From NCBI GenBank assembly GCA_002633005.1, contig NMRA01000222.1, forward strand, positions 311,186-375,185: a stretch of 64,000 nt of DNA, in the 5' to 3' direction. Below are positions 52,723-64,000 of the stretch, one piece after another. The translations under genes were made by a program, and so were the position numbers. Within the stretch, counting starts at the first letter, position 1. The number at the start of each line of letters is the position of its first letter. A model generated the notes under the pieces. The model was not told the DNA's origin. It did not search any database and saw nothing but the letters and a program-made list of their open reading frames with translations. The stretch is from Phoronis australis. Taxonomy: Eukaryota; Animalia; Phoronida.

Positions 52723-52840
52723 CTGGATCAGAGCACTTCCTGACAGCACAGAAGGCAAATGTACTCGTCTCATGGTCAATCCAACACCATGGCTTGTTGT
52801 CACTATCAGGATTTCTACAGAAATTGTGATCACCAATTCC
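52723..52840 (-). CDS. Kringle second part
   Basis: GIGDHNFCRNPDSDNKPWCWIDHETSTFAFCAVRKC. Confidence 0.95.
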
Positions 52841-53864
52841 CTAAAAATACAAATGATTGCATTACAAGGCAACAGTAATTATTTCATAAGTAGTTAACAA
52901 ATACTGCAAGAAACCCCCATCCCAGAACTAGGCCTGTTGCCACTTAATAACCATTGGATGCAATAGGAATTAGTTGAGACCCCACTACATTATTCAGTTA
53001 AAGCCCTTTATTGACCAGGGCCCAAAGGCTCACTTCCACCAATGAATGAAAATACTGATGTTTGAATGGACAGCCACCAAATACAGGATTCCCAGTTTAC
53101 AGTTCCTGAGTTCAGTTCATTGGGATAAAATTATGTAACCAATAACCACTCTGTCTGCAGTCACTTTCTGCCAAAAATTTTACAACTTTTACTAAAAAAA
53201 TGCTTTGCGTGCTTCTAACCATGCTAATGTGTAGCAGGAACTAAATGACAAATATGCTATTTTAACATAACCTATGCTCAACAAAGTACAGTAATTGACA
53301 ACTTGTTATTGTGAAACAAAAAAAATCTATGTACAAATAGGTGGCCTTGGCATTAATGACATACGTCGGGAACTCACATAGCCCGCATCATGCAGTGTTA
53401 TTCCCCAGTGCCATGTCATGATACTTACTGACAGTAAGTTAAGTGATTTGCGATAGGTCATTTCCGCCACAAAACTTGTTCCTAAAAACGTTTGATAATT
53501 TCAACCTACTTCATAATTCACATCGTCGCTATATGTTGTTTCATGCGTCTAATTTGGCCAAGCAATCGCAGAGATAAGGACTGGCCTGCAAGGTCCACTT
53601 TGAACAAAATTTTGAGGCAGCAGAAAGCTTGGCAATTTTCAACGAAACTAATAAAACTGCTTTGCATTGTAGCTTTCACCTTGAAAAGTGAACTACATAC
53701 AAATTTCCCATAAAACATTACGGTACCTTTAACTTTTAAAAGGCGATACTAAACTATCTAGCCTATCGGTTTGTGGGATCTTGTGTAACAAAAAGTACAA
53801 CAAAGATGTACCTTGGCCAAGTTCATGTTGAACAATGTAACTTGAAGGAGGCTAATGCTTTTAC

Positions 53865-53983
53865 CTTGCTTGGGTCCGGACCCCTGTACCCACTGGAGCC
53901 CGACCACTTGAGGCACAATAATCCAGCGTCTTCACTACGGGACACTTTGCCTCGATAAGAAGCACCGTTACCTTGGTAACAGT
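53865..53983 (-). CDS. Kringle first part
   Basis: CYQGNGASYRGKVSRSEDAGLLCLKW. Confidence 0.94.
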
Positions 53984-54684
53984 CTGCAAGTGAAAGATGG
54001 TCTCTGTTGGTGAAGGTCTCAGTACTTACTATTCAGTTTCATGCTGTACTAAACTTAAGGATACTGTTTTCTTGTTTTTCATAAACTTCACATAATGGGT
54101 TTTATAAATGAAAGGATATCGCTAAAACTAGGAATATTGCGTACATCATAGTACAGTAACAATGAATTTGCAATTTTATTGCCAATTTTCTTAGCTGATA
54201 AAAACGAAGTTTGGTGTCATTAAAAAAGGCAATTTAGCAATGCAAAACCAACAAAGAAAATTAAACCAGATGTTTTGATGAATGTTAGTTACTTTCCCAC
54301 GGAATAAGCTTGAGAATTTTTGTGTGTTAAAGTTAGTTTTTATGATCATTCTTTTAAATATTAAGTGGAAATAGGCTGCATCTTTTAGTGAGGCCATGTG
54401 ATAGAGTACTTAGTACCGTACCGTTCTAACATTAAAGTTTCTTCAGTTAAAACATGATATGGTGAAACAGCCAAATGTCAGTATTTTACGAATATAGCGA
54501 CAAAGACAATATTTTTTTCACTTCTGATTTGCCTATTTTGTTTTGGGCATTATTTTAACAAATCAATGCACTCAACCTAATTTCCGATGGAGATGCACTG
54601 TATGAGATCAACGGGGCAAAATGTATTTTCAGAGAAGTACAGAGAAGTTTTGCCATGACATATTATTTTATTTATCAGTTGCAC

Positions 54685-54840
54685 CTTGACTTATTGCTGG
54701 TTTTGAACACACGAATGGTAGTTCAGTGTTACAATTCTCCCCGTCCATGTAGAAATAGTCCAGAACTTTCTCAGAGTTGTTAGGACCGTAGATCTTGCGA
54801 TTAAGTATCAAACAGTCCTTATTCTTCAGCCTATCACCTC
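54685..54840 (-). CDS. C-type lectin-like domain, third part
   Basis: KDCLILNRK...YFYMDGENCNTELPFVCSK; donor could alternatively lie 6 nt earlier. Confidence 0.85.
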
Positions 54841-55445
54841 CTGAAAAACAAAACTCATTAATGGTTAATGCTACGTGCTGATTACAATGTACTTCAAGAC
54901 TGGTTGGCTGAACAAATGGCGAATTTTATCACAAGCACAATCACCATCATGCCGTGATTCTTGCGCTATTGAACCATCACTCAACTGGCGTTATAAAAAG
55001 TACATGGTCCTACATTTCATCACTTGGCATTGATTGGTTTGTGGGCACAGTAAATATTTGATGATGCTTCATAACAGAAAAGATAGCTCAGGTCTTTTGC
55101 CTATTAATACAAATTTTTATGTGTATTGGGCTTGATTATTGTTAGGATTAAACAATACTTTCTTAGTACGTTACATTCAACATCACAAAGCAAAGAAATA
55201 GCTAAAGGCAAAGAATTTGCAGTACTGCTGTTAGGGTAATAGTTACTTACAGGGACTGCATTTTCAGAACCAGTTTTCTCCACTGAATAACAGGCAACAA
55301 ACTGGTTCTCAAAATCCGGGACCCCTGTGACTTGAATTTTCATGATTCTTACTGAAAGCAGCATACAAAAATTAATAGAAATCTACTTGGTATATATATT
55401 TATGATTTATGAATATATGACACCTTGTCATAACCTTGCACCAAC

Positions 55446-55556
55446 CTTGTAAAAACTTCTTGTAGGTCATGTCTCCTTTCCCATCCGTCTTCCAGAACCA
55501 CTTTGGTCCATCGTCAAACATTCGCTTACGTCCGCAGGTATGAAACGCATCACCCA
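55446..55556 (-). CDS. C-type lectin-like domain, second part
   Basis: GDAFHTCGRKRMFDDGPKWFWKTDGKGDMTYKKFLQ; phases 1/1. Confidence 0.82.
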
Positions 55557-56778
55557 CTGCAAGAGAAACGAGAGCTCACTCAAGATTAAAAAGAAGCACA
55601 TGACCACAGTGAGGTAGTCCGAGAGGGATTCTGCCACTTTGGATAATGTTATGATGCAACTCCTTCCATGCAGTGAGATGCGAATAGACTGCAGGCCATT
55701 TAATTTCTGGACAATTATGTCAACTGGATATACCGACTGATTGGGCCATTGCATGGTATTGCTGTGAAAATTGTCAGGTTTGAGACAATGAGAAATTTAA
55801 TAACTTTCCTTAAGACTGGAGACTGTATTGAATACAGAATGCTGTGTCCGAAATCTGAGAAATATGAAAACACCAAAATAGCCCATGTCCCAATTTTCAG
55901 AATCACCAAAATTCAATTTCTGTTGGAATATTGGTGTTCCAAATTTTAGAGAATGTTCCAAATCGGAGAATTTTTACTGTAACTGAATGATATTGGGCCT
56001 TGTATCAGGTCGAAATATTGGATTACATCAACCACTATCACTTTGGAAATGGAGGCTAGAACTCACTGACAGGTTGACGATATTGAAATTGTTGGATCAC
56101 TTCGCGTTTGGCAAATAAAATATTCTGAATTGCTTATAATGTGCTACATTAAAAAATGATCTTTAAGTCAGATAAAGATACCCAAATCTGCATGTTCTTG
56201 CAGTCTCTACCAACGAACACAATCAAATACAATTATTTTAATTGGTGTCCTCAGAAAACCCCTCTTCACAACACTGCCTACTTCTGTCAAAGTTTACTTG
56301 GTCATTAAAAATAGAAGTTGAGCTTGTTGTAAGAAATAAAATAACTGCGAAAACTTGTAAAACGCACTGTCTAGTTTCCTTAGCCCTCTTGAATTCACAA
56401 ACATCACCCTCCTGAGCATTGACAAGGCGTTATGGCGTTATTAAGTGTTAACAGAGTTCAGTGATACCAGAGGACTGACAATAACTGGGCTTCAACAGCC
56501 TCTAGCTTACATAAGAGACGAATTTGTTTCAGACTGCAGCACACCTTGTGCGGATGTTACTGAGAAGATAAGAGATGGAGATGGTGCTTTACATGCATTG
56601 TTATGCACTTCAACAGGATACGCTTCAACAGGATACGTACACTTATTGATAAATAGAAGGTCAGTCATCAAACCACTGTTACGTCATTTCTACCAGACAG
56701 CTACCACAGTACTACAGAGAAGGTCATAGATGAATTATAAGTCATTGTTTTGCCATTTTCTACTAACAGTATACTCAC

Positions 56779-56949
56779 TGTTGCTGTTATGGAGAAGGTC
56801 AGAGATGAAATCATTTTCTTGTTGGCTCCATATATGTACTGGCTGGGCATTCATCTGTTCACAGCCATCAAACGCGCGTCCAGCCGTTACCCGAGTACCA
56901 ACCACCTTATAGCACATACCATGGCCCATCACCCAACCTGGCTCACAAC
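56779..56949 (-). CDS. C-type lectin-like domain, first part
   Basis: CEPGWVMGHGMCYKVV...AFDGCEQMNAQPVHIWSQQENDFISDLL. Confidence 0.92.
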
Positions 56950-58289
56950 CTGACATATAACAAACTCGATCGGTAATAGAGTGACATCAATACAACCAGT
57001 ACACAAACATGACAGTGCTGAAAATATTTGGTCAAGTGCTAATAGTAAAACTCCTTTGCTAACAAAATACAAAATTGAAATACAAGGAAAAACAGGAACA
57101 CCTGATTCAGATTCTGAACTTGGAACAATTTATTTACAACAAAGGCCACAAGGGGTCACATCTGACTTAATCTGTCTGAAATTAAACAATGAAGACAGAG
57201 TTGTTCATTCCCTGTAAAGAGTCAACCTGCCAAATTTTACGAAGATTCACCATAGATGCCGAATAAGGTGAAAGGAAAACTAAAATTGCCACAAGGGGGT
57301 GCCAGAATAGCCAGATCCATCCAACAATCATTCTCAGATGTGTTCTCCACCATATGTCTAAAGCTCATGGAGATCCATCAAAGAGCTTAACAGATATTGA
57401 GACAGGCACAAAAAACAAACAAAATTGACACTGTAGGGCGACATAGCAGTTAAATCTGTCCGAAATTCAGCTGCAGGCGAGCTCTACTCAATAGAGCTAC
57501 AAAATTTGATAAATTTCATAAATTAAACAACTTCGTACAAATTGAGAAAGTGTAAATCCTTAAGAGAAACACTAATACCAAAGTGCAAAAGATCCATCAA
57601 GAAACTCCCTAAATATTGAAGCACAGACCAAAAATACACTAGGGGGCACAATTACAGTTAATAGTGAAACCCATCAGTCATGCACTTCTCAATCTGCCAA
57701 ATTTCATAATGACCATTCAATAAAGAGACGAACGTTAAATAAAGATGAAAATGAGAAAAAATGCCACAAGGGGGCACAGAACATGGGAAGGTAGTGTCCC
57801 CAAGAGAAACCTATTCATCAATTTCACAGATATTTGTCAGCTGTAATTCAGTCCATACAGAAGCTGCACTTGCAACCAGGGGGCACAGCAATAGCTGAAT
57901 TTGTCTTCCAATAGGCTTGTGTCATCCCTTCCACAACAGGAATGCAAAGTTTCACTAATCCATCATGTCATGTTGGAGGTACAGCAGTGGATGTTGGAAG
58001 CTCACGGATCAAGTTCTCACAACGGGGACAAAACATGAAGGTACCTGGAATGCTTTGTCAGAAGTCTTCACAACAGCCTGATGAGCAGATGGCATGCCGG
58101 AACAGGATACGAACTATGAACTGTGAAAGTTCCGTCTGTTCCGTCAGAACTAAATTCATAAGCCATGCCCGACTTCTAAGAATTGACCAGAAGTAATTTA
58201 ATACCAATGCTTGCTTTAACACGACTCTGCATTTTTGCATTTATTAAATTGAACTACTATGGGTGTCAACAGGCACATAATGTACTCAC

Positions 58290-58474
58290 CTATGCTGGGT
58301 AGACATTGGACACTAGTGAATTCAGTGGACGCGGTGCAGTCATGCTGGCCAGTATAAGTACACTCCTGTAAAGACTGGTGGTGACTCTGACAGTGTACAT
58401 CATCCATGACGATATCCATGTTTTGTGCCAGTCCATTCGCGTACTTGGAGGCCACGTAAACAGCATGGATCCCT
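58290..58474 (-). CDS. Divergent SRCR second half (first half not found, presumably beyond window)
   Basis: IVMDDVHCQSHHQSLQECTYTGQHDCTASTEFTSVQC; phase-2 acceptor as in the other split SRCRs. Confidence 0.9.
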
Positions 58475-58660
58475 CTGGAGAAAAACAAATGAGAGAACTA
58501 TGACTTTGAGAGCACACACAATGTACACCATGGGACAGACCATTTGAGTACTGGGAGTATGCATGGTAGCATGGATCCCTGAGCAAAACGCTGAAGATAT
58601 TAGTGAATTGGTCAACCAATGACTGTAAGACCTTACATGCACCATGCATTACAGCGTTTT

Positions 58661-61600
58661 CCCGTTGCTCCCAACTTGTTCGATTCTATAGCCCCTGTAG
58701 CCAATATCTTACACGACTGATTAACTCCATTCTGGCACTTATGTTTGGAGGGCCAGCTCTCTTTTGTTCGATAATTGCTCTAACCTCCGATCAGATCGTA
58801 TCTAGCCTGACTGGACTGAGCTGCTAGAAATGAAAGTTACGTTATAACAAATTTGAACATAAACCAATAGCGTTTCTGAATTCCTTGTCAACTGCTGAAC
58901 ATGTTTAGTTTTTGAATCACCAAAATTGCCCAACTGCAACAGAAGTTAAGACAATCTATTCTGCCAGGTTTCAGTAACCCTTTAAAGCCTGGGAGATTAT
59001 TGGCCTGCTTGTTATCATACCGGACAAAAGATTAAGCTGGGCAGTTAACAAAGGAGCCAGATGTTATCGCACATTCAGAACCCCTCACGTCTGGAAAAGT
59101 TGCTGAACGAGAGAACGCCGTCATGTGGGTCAATCCAGTCCAGAACTTGATGGCCCCATATACGGCATGCATTCACCTGCAGAAACACAGATGACGGACT
59201 GATAATTATGACTTTGTGACCACACTATGCACACCTTGAGTCCATCCATTCAGAAATTGCAGACAACATATCATTAAGTGCCGTTCGCACATTGAGTTAC
59301 CTTTGAACAAGTTACTCCTCGAATCAGTTGCCACAACTAGGTTTAGTAGTAGAGTGAACGGTACCTGCGCTAGGGCAACTAGACACACAGTCGTGTGAAA
59401 ACTTACTCTACCTTATCAAGCTAGGGTAACTTGTTGCGACCTGGACAACTTGACACAGTGAGTGCAAGTCGTAGTTCAAGCCCGCAGACAAGGTACTAGT
59501 AATTATCATCTAATGTGCACTTGCTCAGTAAAACACATAGGGCTGCTACACAATTACGTTTTCATCATATTTGTCACAAGGTAAAGGATGCGGAGTGTAG
59601 ATGCTCAGCTTAACACCGGAAAGTTGTTCTAGAGCAAGTTGTTCCAGGATTAGTGTGGACAGGACTATAAATACTGGATACATCATGTATCCTACTGTAG
59701 AAGCCCATCAAGTGAAGATGGTCAGTTGGTATGCATCAGGCCAGCCTATTTGATTACGTGGCCATGGGTGTGGATAGTGAAAACTCTTTTATATTAATTA
59801 TTGTCACGTATGAAGAAAACTCAAAATAAGAAGTGCACTTTTCATTTAAAATTTTTTTTGCATATCAAGACAGTGATTTTGAATTGTGATCACTAGGTGT
59901 CTTAAAAAATCATGATCTTGTTAAGATTCATTTGAAATTAAATAAACGTCTTTCTCAACGCAAACCTGACAGATACCAAAATAATAAGTCTTTTCCAAAT
60001 AACAGGACACAAATACTAATTTTACAGAATGATAAATTGTCCTTAAAATTCACACAATGCACCCCATGCATTTCACAGCCCAACAACATAATTGCACACC
60101 CACTACTATCCATACTCGGTGAAAGTGACTGTAATCTTATAATTTCACAATCACAATGCAGAAACAATCTAAGTTGCAAAAATGTACACTAACTGTGAAT
60201 TACCAGTACAACACCATTCATAACTCAGTACTCATCTAGCCCAATAAGCAAAGTTACAACCACTTTAAATTTACATGTTTACAGGAGACCCACCTGGAAA
60301 CAACTTAATACAACACCTTAAGACATTATCCAATTCAGTGACTTTTCCAGACAGAGCTTGAGGGCACGATAACCTCTAGCTCCTTTGCCCAGCACAGTCT
60401 TTTGTCTGGTATGACAACATGCAGGCCAATTATCTACCAGGCTTATTACCAACCACATGTGAACACAGTCAAACCCAAAGAGTAGGCACCATGGTAAACA
60501 ATGTCTTAACTTCCCTTATAGTTAGGCAATTTTGGTGATTCAAAAACTAAACATGATCAGCATTTGACCAGGAATTCAGAAATGCTATTGGCTTATACTT
60601 TATGTTCAAACATTTTATAACTTTTATTTTTAACAGCACAGTCCTATCAAGCTAGATAGGAGATTAGAGCAATTATTGAACAAAAGAGAGCTGACCCCCC
60701 AACCATCAATGCCAGAATGGAGTTAATCAGTTGTGTAAGATATTGACTACAGCAGTCATCCCCCCCCCCCGCTTGTTGTGCTATTCAACCCAACAAGTTG
60801 GGCTCAACACANCCCGTTGCTCCCAACTTGTTCGATTCTATAGCCCAGCAACAAGTTGGGAAGTTCACCCCTGTAGCCAATATCTTACACGACTGATTAA
60901 CTCCATTCTGGCACTTATGTTTGGAGGGCCAGCTCTCTTTTGTTCGATAATTGCTCTAATCTCCGATCAGATCGTATCTAGCCTGACTGGGCTGTGCTGC
61001 TAGAAATGAAAGTTACGTTATAACAAATTTGAACATAAACCAATAGCGTTTCTGAATTCCTTGTCAACTGCTGAACATGTTAGTTTTTGAATCACCAAAA
61101 TTGCCCAACTGCAACTGAAGTTAAGACAATCTATTCTGCAAGGTTTCAGTAACCCTTTAAAGCCTGGGAGATTATTGGCCTGCTTGTTATCATACCGGAC
61201 AAAAGATTAAGCTGGGCAGTTAACAAAGGAGCCAGATGTTATCGCACATTCAGAACCCCTCACGTCTGGAAAAGTTGCTGAACAAGAGAACGCCGTCATG
61301 TGGGTCAATCCAGTCCAGAACTTGATGGCCCCATATACGGCATGCATTCACCTGCAGAAACACAGATGACGGACTGATAATTATGACTTTGAGACCACAC
61401 TATGCACACCTTGAGTCCATCCATTCAGAAATTGCAGACAACATATCGCACATTGAGTTACCTTTGAACAAGTTACTCCTCGAATCAGTTGCCACAACTA
61501 GGTTTAGTAGTAGAGTGAACGGTACCTGCGTTAGGGCAACTAGACACACAGTCGTGTGAAAACTTACTCTACCTTATCAAGCTAGGGTAACTTGTTGCGA

Positions 61601-62956
61601 CCTGGACAACTTGACACAGTGAGTGCAAGTCGTAGTGAAAGCCCGCAGACAAGGCACTAGTAATTATCATCTAATGTGCACTTGCTCAGTAAAACACATA
61701 GGGCTGCTACACAATTACCTTTTCATCATATTTGTCACAAGGTAAAGGATGCGGAGTGTAGATGCTCAGCTTAACACCGGTAAGTTGTTCTAGAGCAAGT
61801 TGTTCCAGGATTAGTGTGGACAGGACTATAAATACTGGATACATCATGTATCCTATTGTAGAAGCCCATCAAGTGAAGATGGTCAGTTGGTATGCATCAG
61901 GCCAGCCTATTTGATTACGTGGCCATGGGTGTGAATAGTGAAAACTCTTTTATATTATTGTCACGTATGAAGAAAACTCAAAGTAAGAAGTGCACTTTTA
62001 ATTTAAAAATTTCTTTGCATATCAAGACAGTGATTTTGAATTGTGATCACTCGGTGTCTTTAACAAATCATGATCTTGTTAAGATTCATTTGAAATTAAA
62101 TAAAAGTCTTTCTCAACGCAAACCTGACAGATACCAAATTAATTACTCTTTTCCAAATAACAGGACACAAATACTAATTTTACAGAATGATAAATTGTCC
62201 TTAAATTTCCCACAATGCACCCCACGCATTTCAGAGCCCAACAACATAATTGCATACCCACTACTATCCATACTCAGTGAAAGTGACTGCAATCTTATAA
62301 TTTCACAATCACAATGCAGAAACAATCTAAGCTGCAAAAATGTACACTAACTGCGAATTACAAGTACAACACCATTCATAACTCTTCTAGCACAATAAGC
62401 GAAGTTAAGATCACTTTAAATTTGCATGCTTAAAGGGTTCCCACCAGGAAACAATAATAGGACACATTAAGACATTCTCCAATTCAGTGACTTTTCCAGA
62501 CAGAGCTTGAGGGCATGATAACCTCTAGCTCCTTTGCCCAGCACAGTCTTCTGTCTGGTATGACAACATGCAGGCCAATTATCTACCAGGCTTATTACAA
62601 ACCACATGTGAACACAGTCAAACCCAGAGGGTTGGCACCATGGGAAACAATGTCTTAACTTCCCTTGTAGTTAGGCAGTTTTGGTGATTCAAAAACTAAA
62701 CATGATCAGCATTTGACCAGGAATTCAGAAATGTTATTGGGTTATACTTTATGTTCAAACATTTCATAACTTTTATTTTTAACAGCACAGCCCTATCAAG
62801 CTAGATAGGAGATTAGAGCAATTATTGAACAAAAGAGAGCTGACCCTCCAACCATAAATGCCAGAATGGAATTAATCAGTTGTGTAAGATATTGACTACA
62901 GCAGTCATCCCCCCATCTTGTTGTGCTATTCAGCCCAACAAGTTGGGCTCAACACA
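58661..62956. repeat. Tandem duplication of ~2.15 kb (58661-60811 and 60813-62956) joined by one N
   Basis: Both copies start CCCGTTGCTCCCAAC and end GGGCTCAACACA; scattered substitutions and indels. Confidence 0.93.
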
Positions 62957-64000
62957 AGAATGCCATAATCACTGGAGGTGTAAACTTGGTTAGCATAACA
63001 AAGAATTTGATAATTTCAATTTATTTTATATTCATAATTATGGATTCACTTTTGGTCATGTATAATTAGTACATAAAATAGTACAGGAATTGGGTATTTA
63101 ATACAATTACGTAACAAATGATGCCAAGTTTATTAAGTTTATTGGGTATGTCTGATGATTATGGNTCATAACATTAGTCTTTTGTTAACTTTGCATCCAC
63201 CTGCTCCAGCATGTAAAGTTTAAATGCTATGAAACTATCACTGTATGTTATTGCCAACTGATCACACTGATAACTCAGTTTAATGCACAGTTTGAGAAGG
63301 AACACATTGACCATCACAGAACAAGACAATATCTCACCAATGTCTGACAAAAATAACTACTAACAACGCATTTTTGTCATTTTTCAAGGGCTAACATTGC
63401 TGTGAATTCCAGCAATTTTTAAACTTAAAATGCTGCCTATTATTTTGTTAGCTGTGAAATTTTTACTCCCTTTTCAATTTTCAGGACAGTTTAGAGGCAC
63501 AGCATGACCTATAGCATGTTAGAGTATACAACAAATTAAGAGTCTGCTGCCTGGCAACCACTTTTAAAATTTTGTTCAACCTTGAACCCTAGATGCCTCA
63601 TAATTAAGAACACTTGCTATTTTAATGTATTTTCAAGGAAAACCCATGCCTCCTCAGTTACAACCATGCCTACACTTAACCACTAGCAGATGACAAGAAT
63701 TGAAGTGCGTCACCCTGATAATGGTTCCATTAAGACCAGAAGTTTTAAAATAGTTTTGTATTTTGACCTTGTTGTGATTGATTGCATGCCAAAATGCAAA
63801 TATAGCACGGAACAAAATCCTACTCAAACATTAACGTTTTCATTTTTCATTACCCGAGTTTCACGATATTTTTTGCATTTTCCAAAATTCGTTGTGTTCA
63901 GTCTCCCACTCACTGTTGACAAGAAGAAATGACTTTCATAAACACCTTTTTGGCTTGGAGAGAGCAACTAGTCAGCATAATGGTTGAAAATGTTGCAGAA

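Noticed and set aside
59089-59176. Exon-like segment on minus strand (VNACRIWGHQVLDWIDPHDG...), also in copy 2
   Set aside because: Only open frame is phase 0-in/1-out; the next exon needs phase 2 and an SRCR first half, which this does not resemble

Overview
AT-rich eukaryotic (invertebrate-animal-like) genomic DNA with spliceosomal introns; the ORF track captures only fragments of the real genes. (1) Minus strand 24390..>58474: the 3' 26 coding exons (~1260 aa, 5' end off-window) of a mosaic trypsin-like serine protease, read N->C as [SRCR part]-C-type lectin-kringle-LDLa-PAN-LDLa-SRCR-LDLa-SRCR-ShKT-ShKT-LDLa-SRCR-Pro/Thr linker-trypsin, resembling the Tequila/GRAAL/neurotrypsin type. All splice phases were checked by hand and join into one open frame. 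(2) Plus strand 19608..22387: a 3-exon gene for a ~172-aa secreted pre-pro-protein whose mature part is a neurotrophin/Spaetzle-type cystine knot, tail-to-tail with the protease gene. (3) The first ~19 kb and the introns hold non-autonomous TIR elements/MITEs, two decayed THAP domains, tRNA-derived fragments and tandem repeats. (4) A ~2.15-kb tandem duplication joined by a single N at 60812 is probably an assembly (allelic overlap) artefact. All calls come from manual reading; no database search was run.
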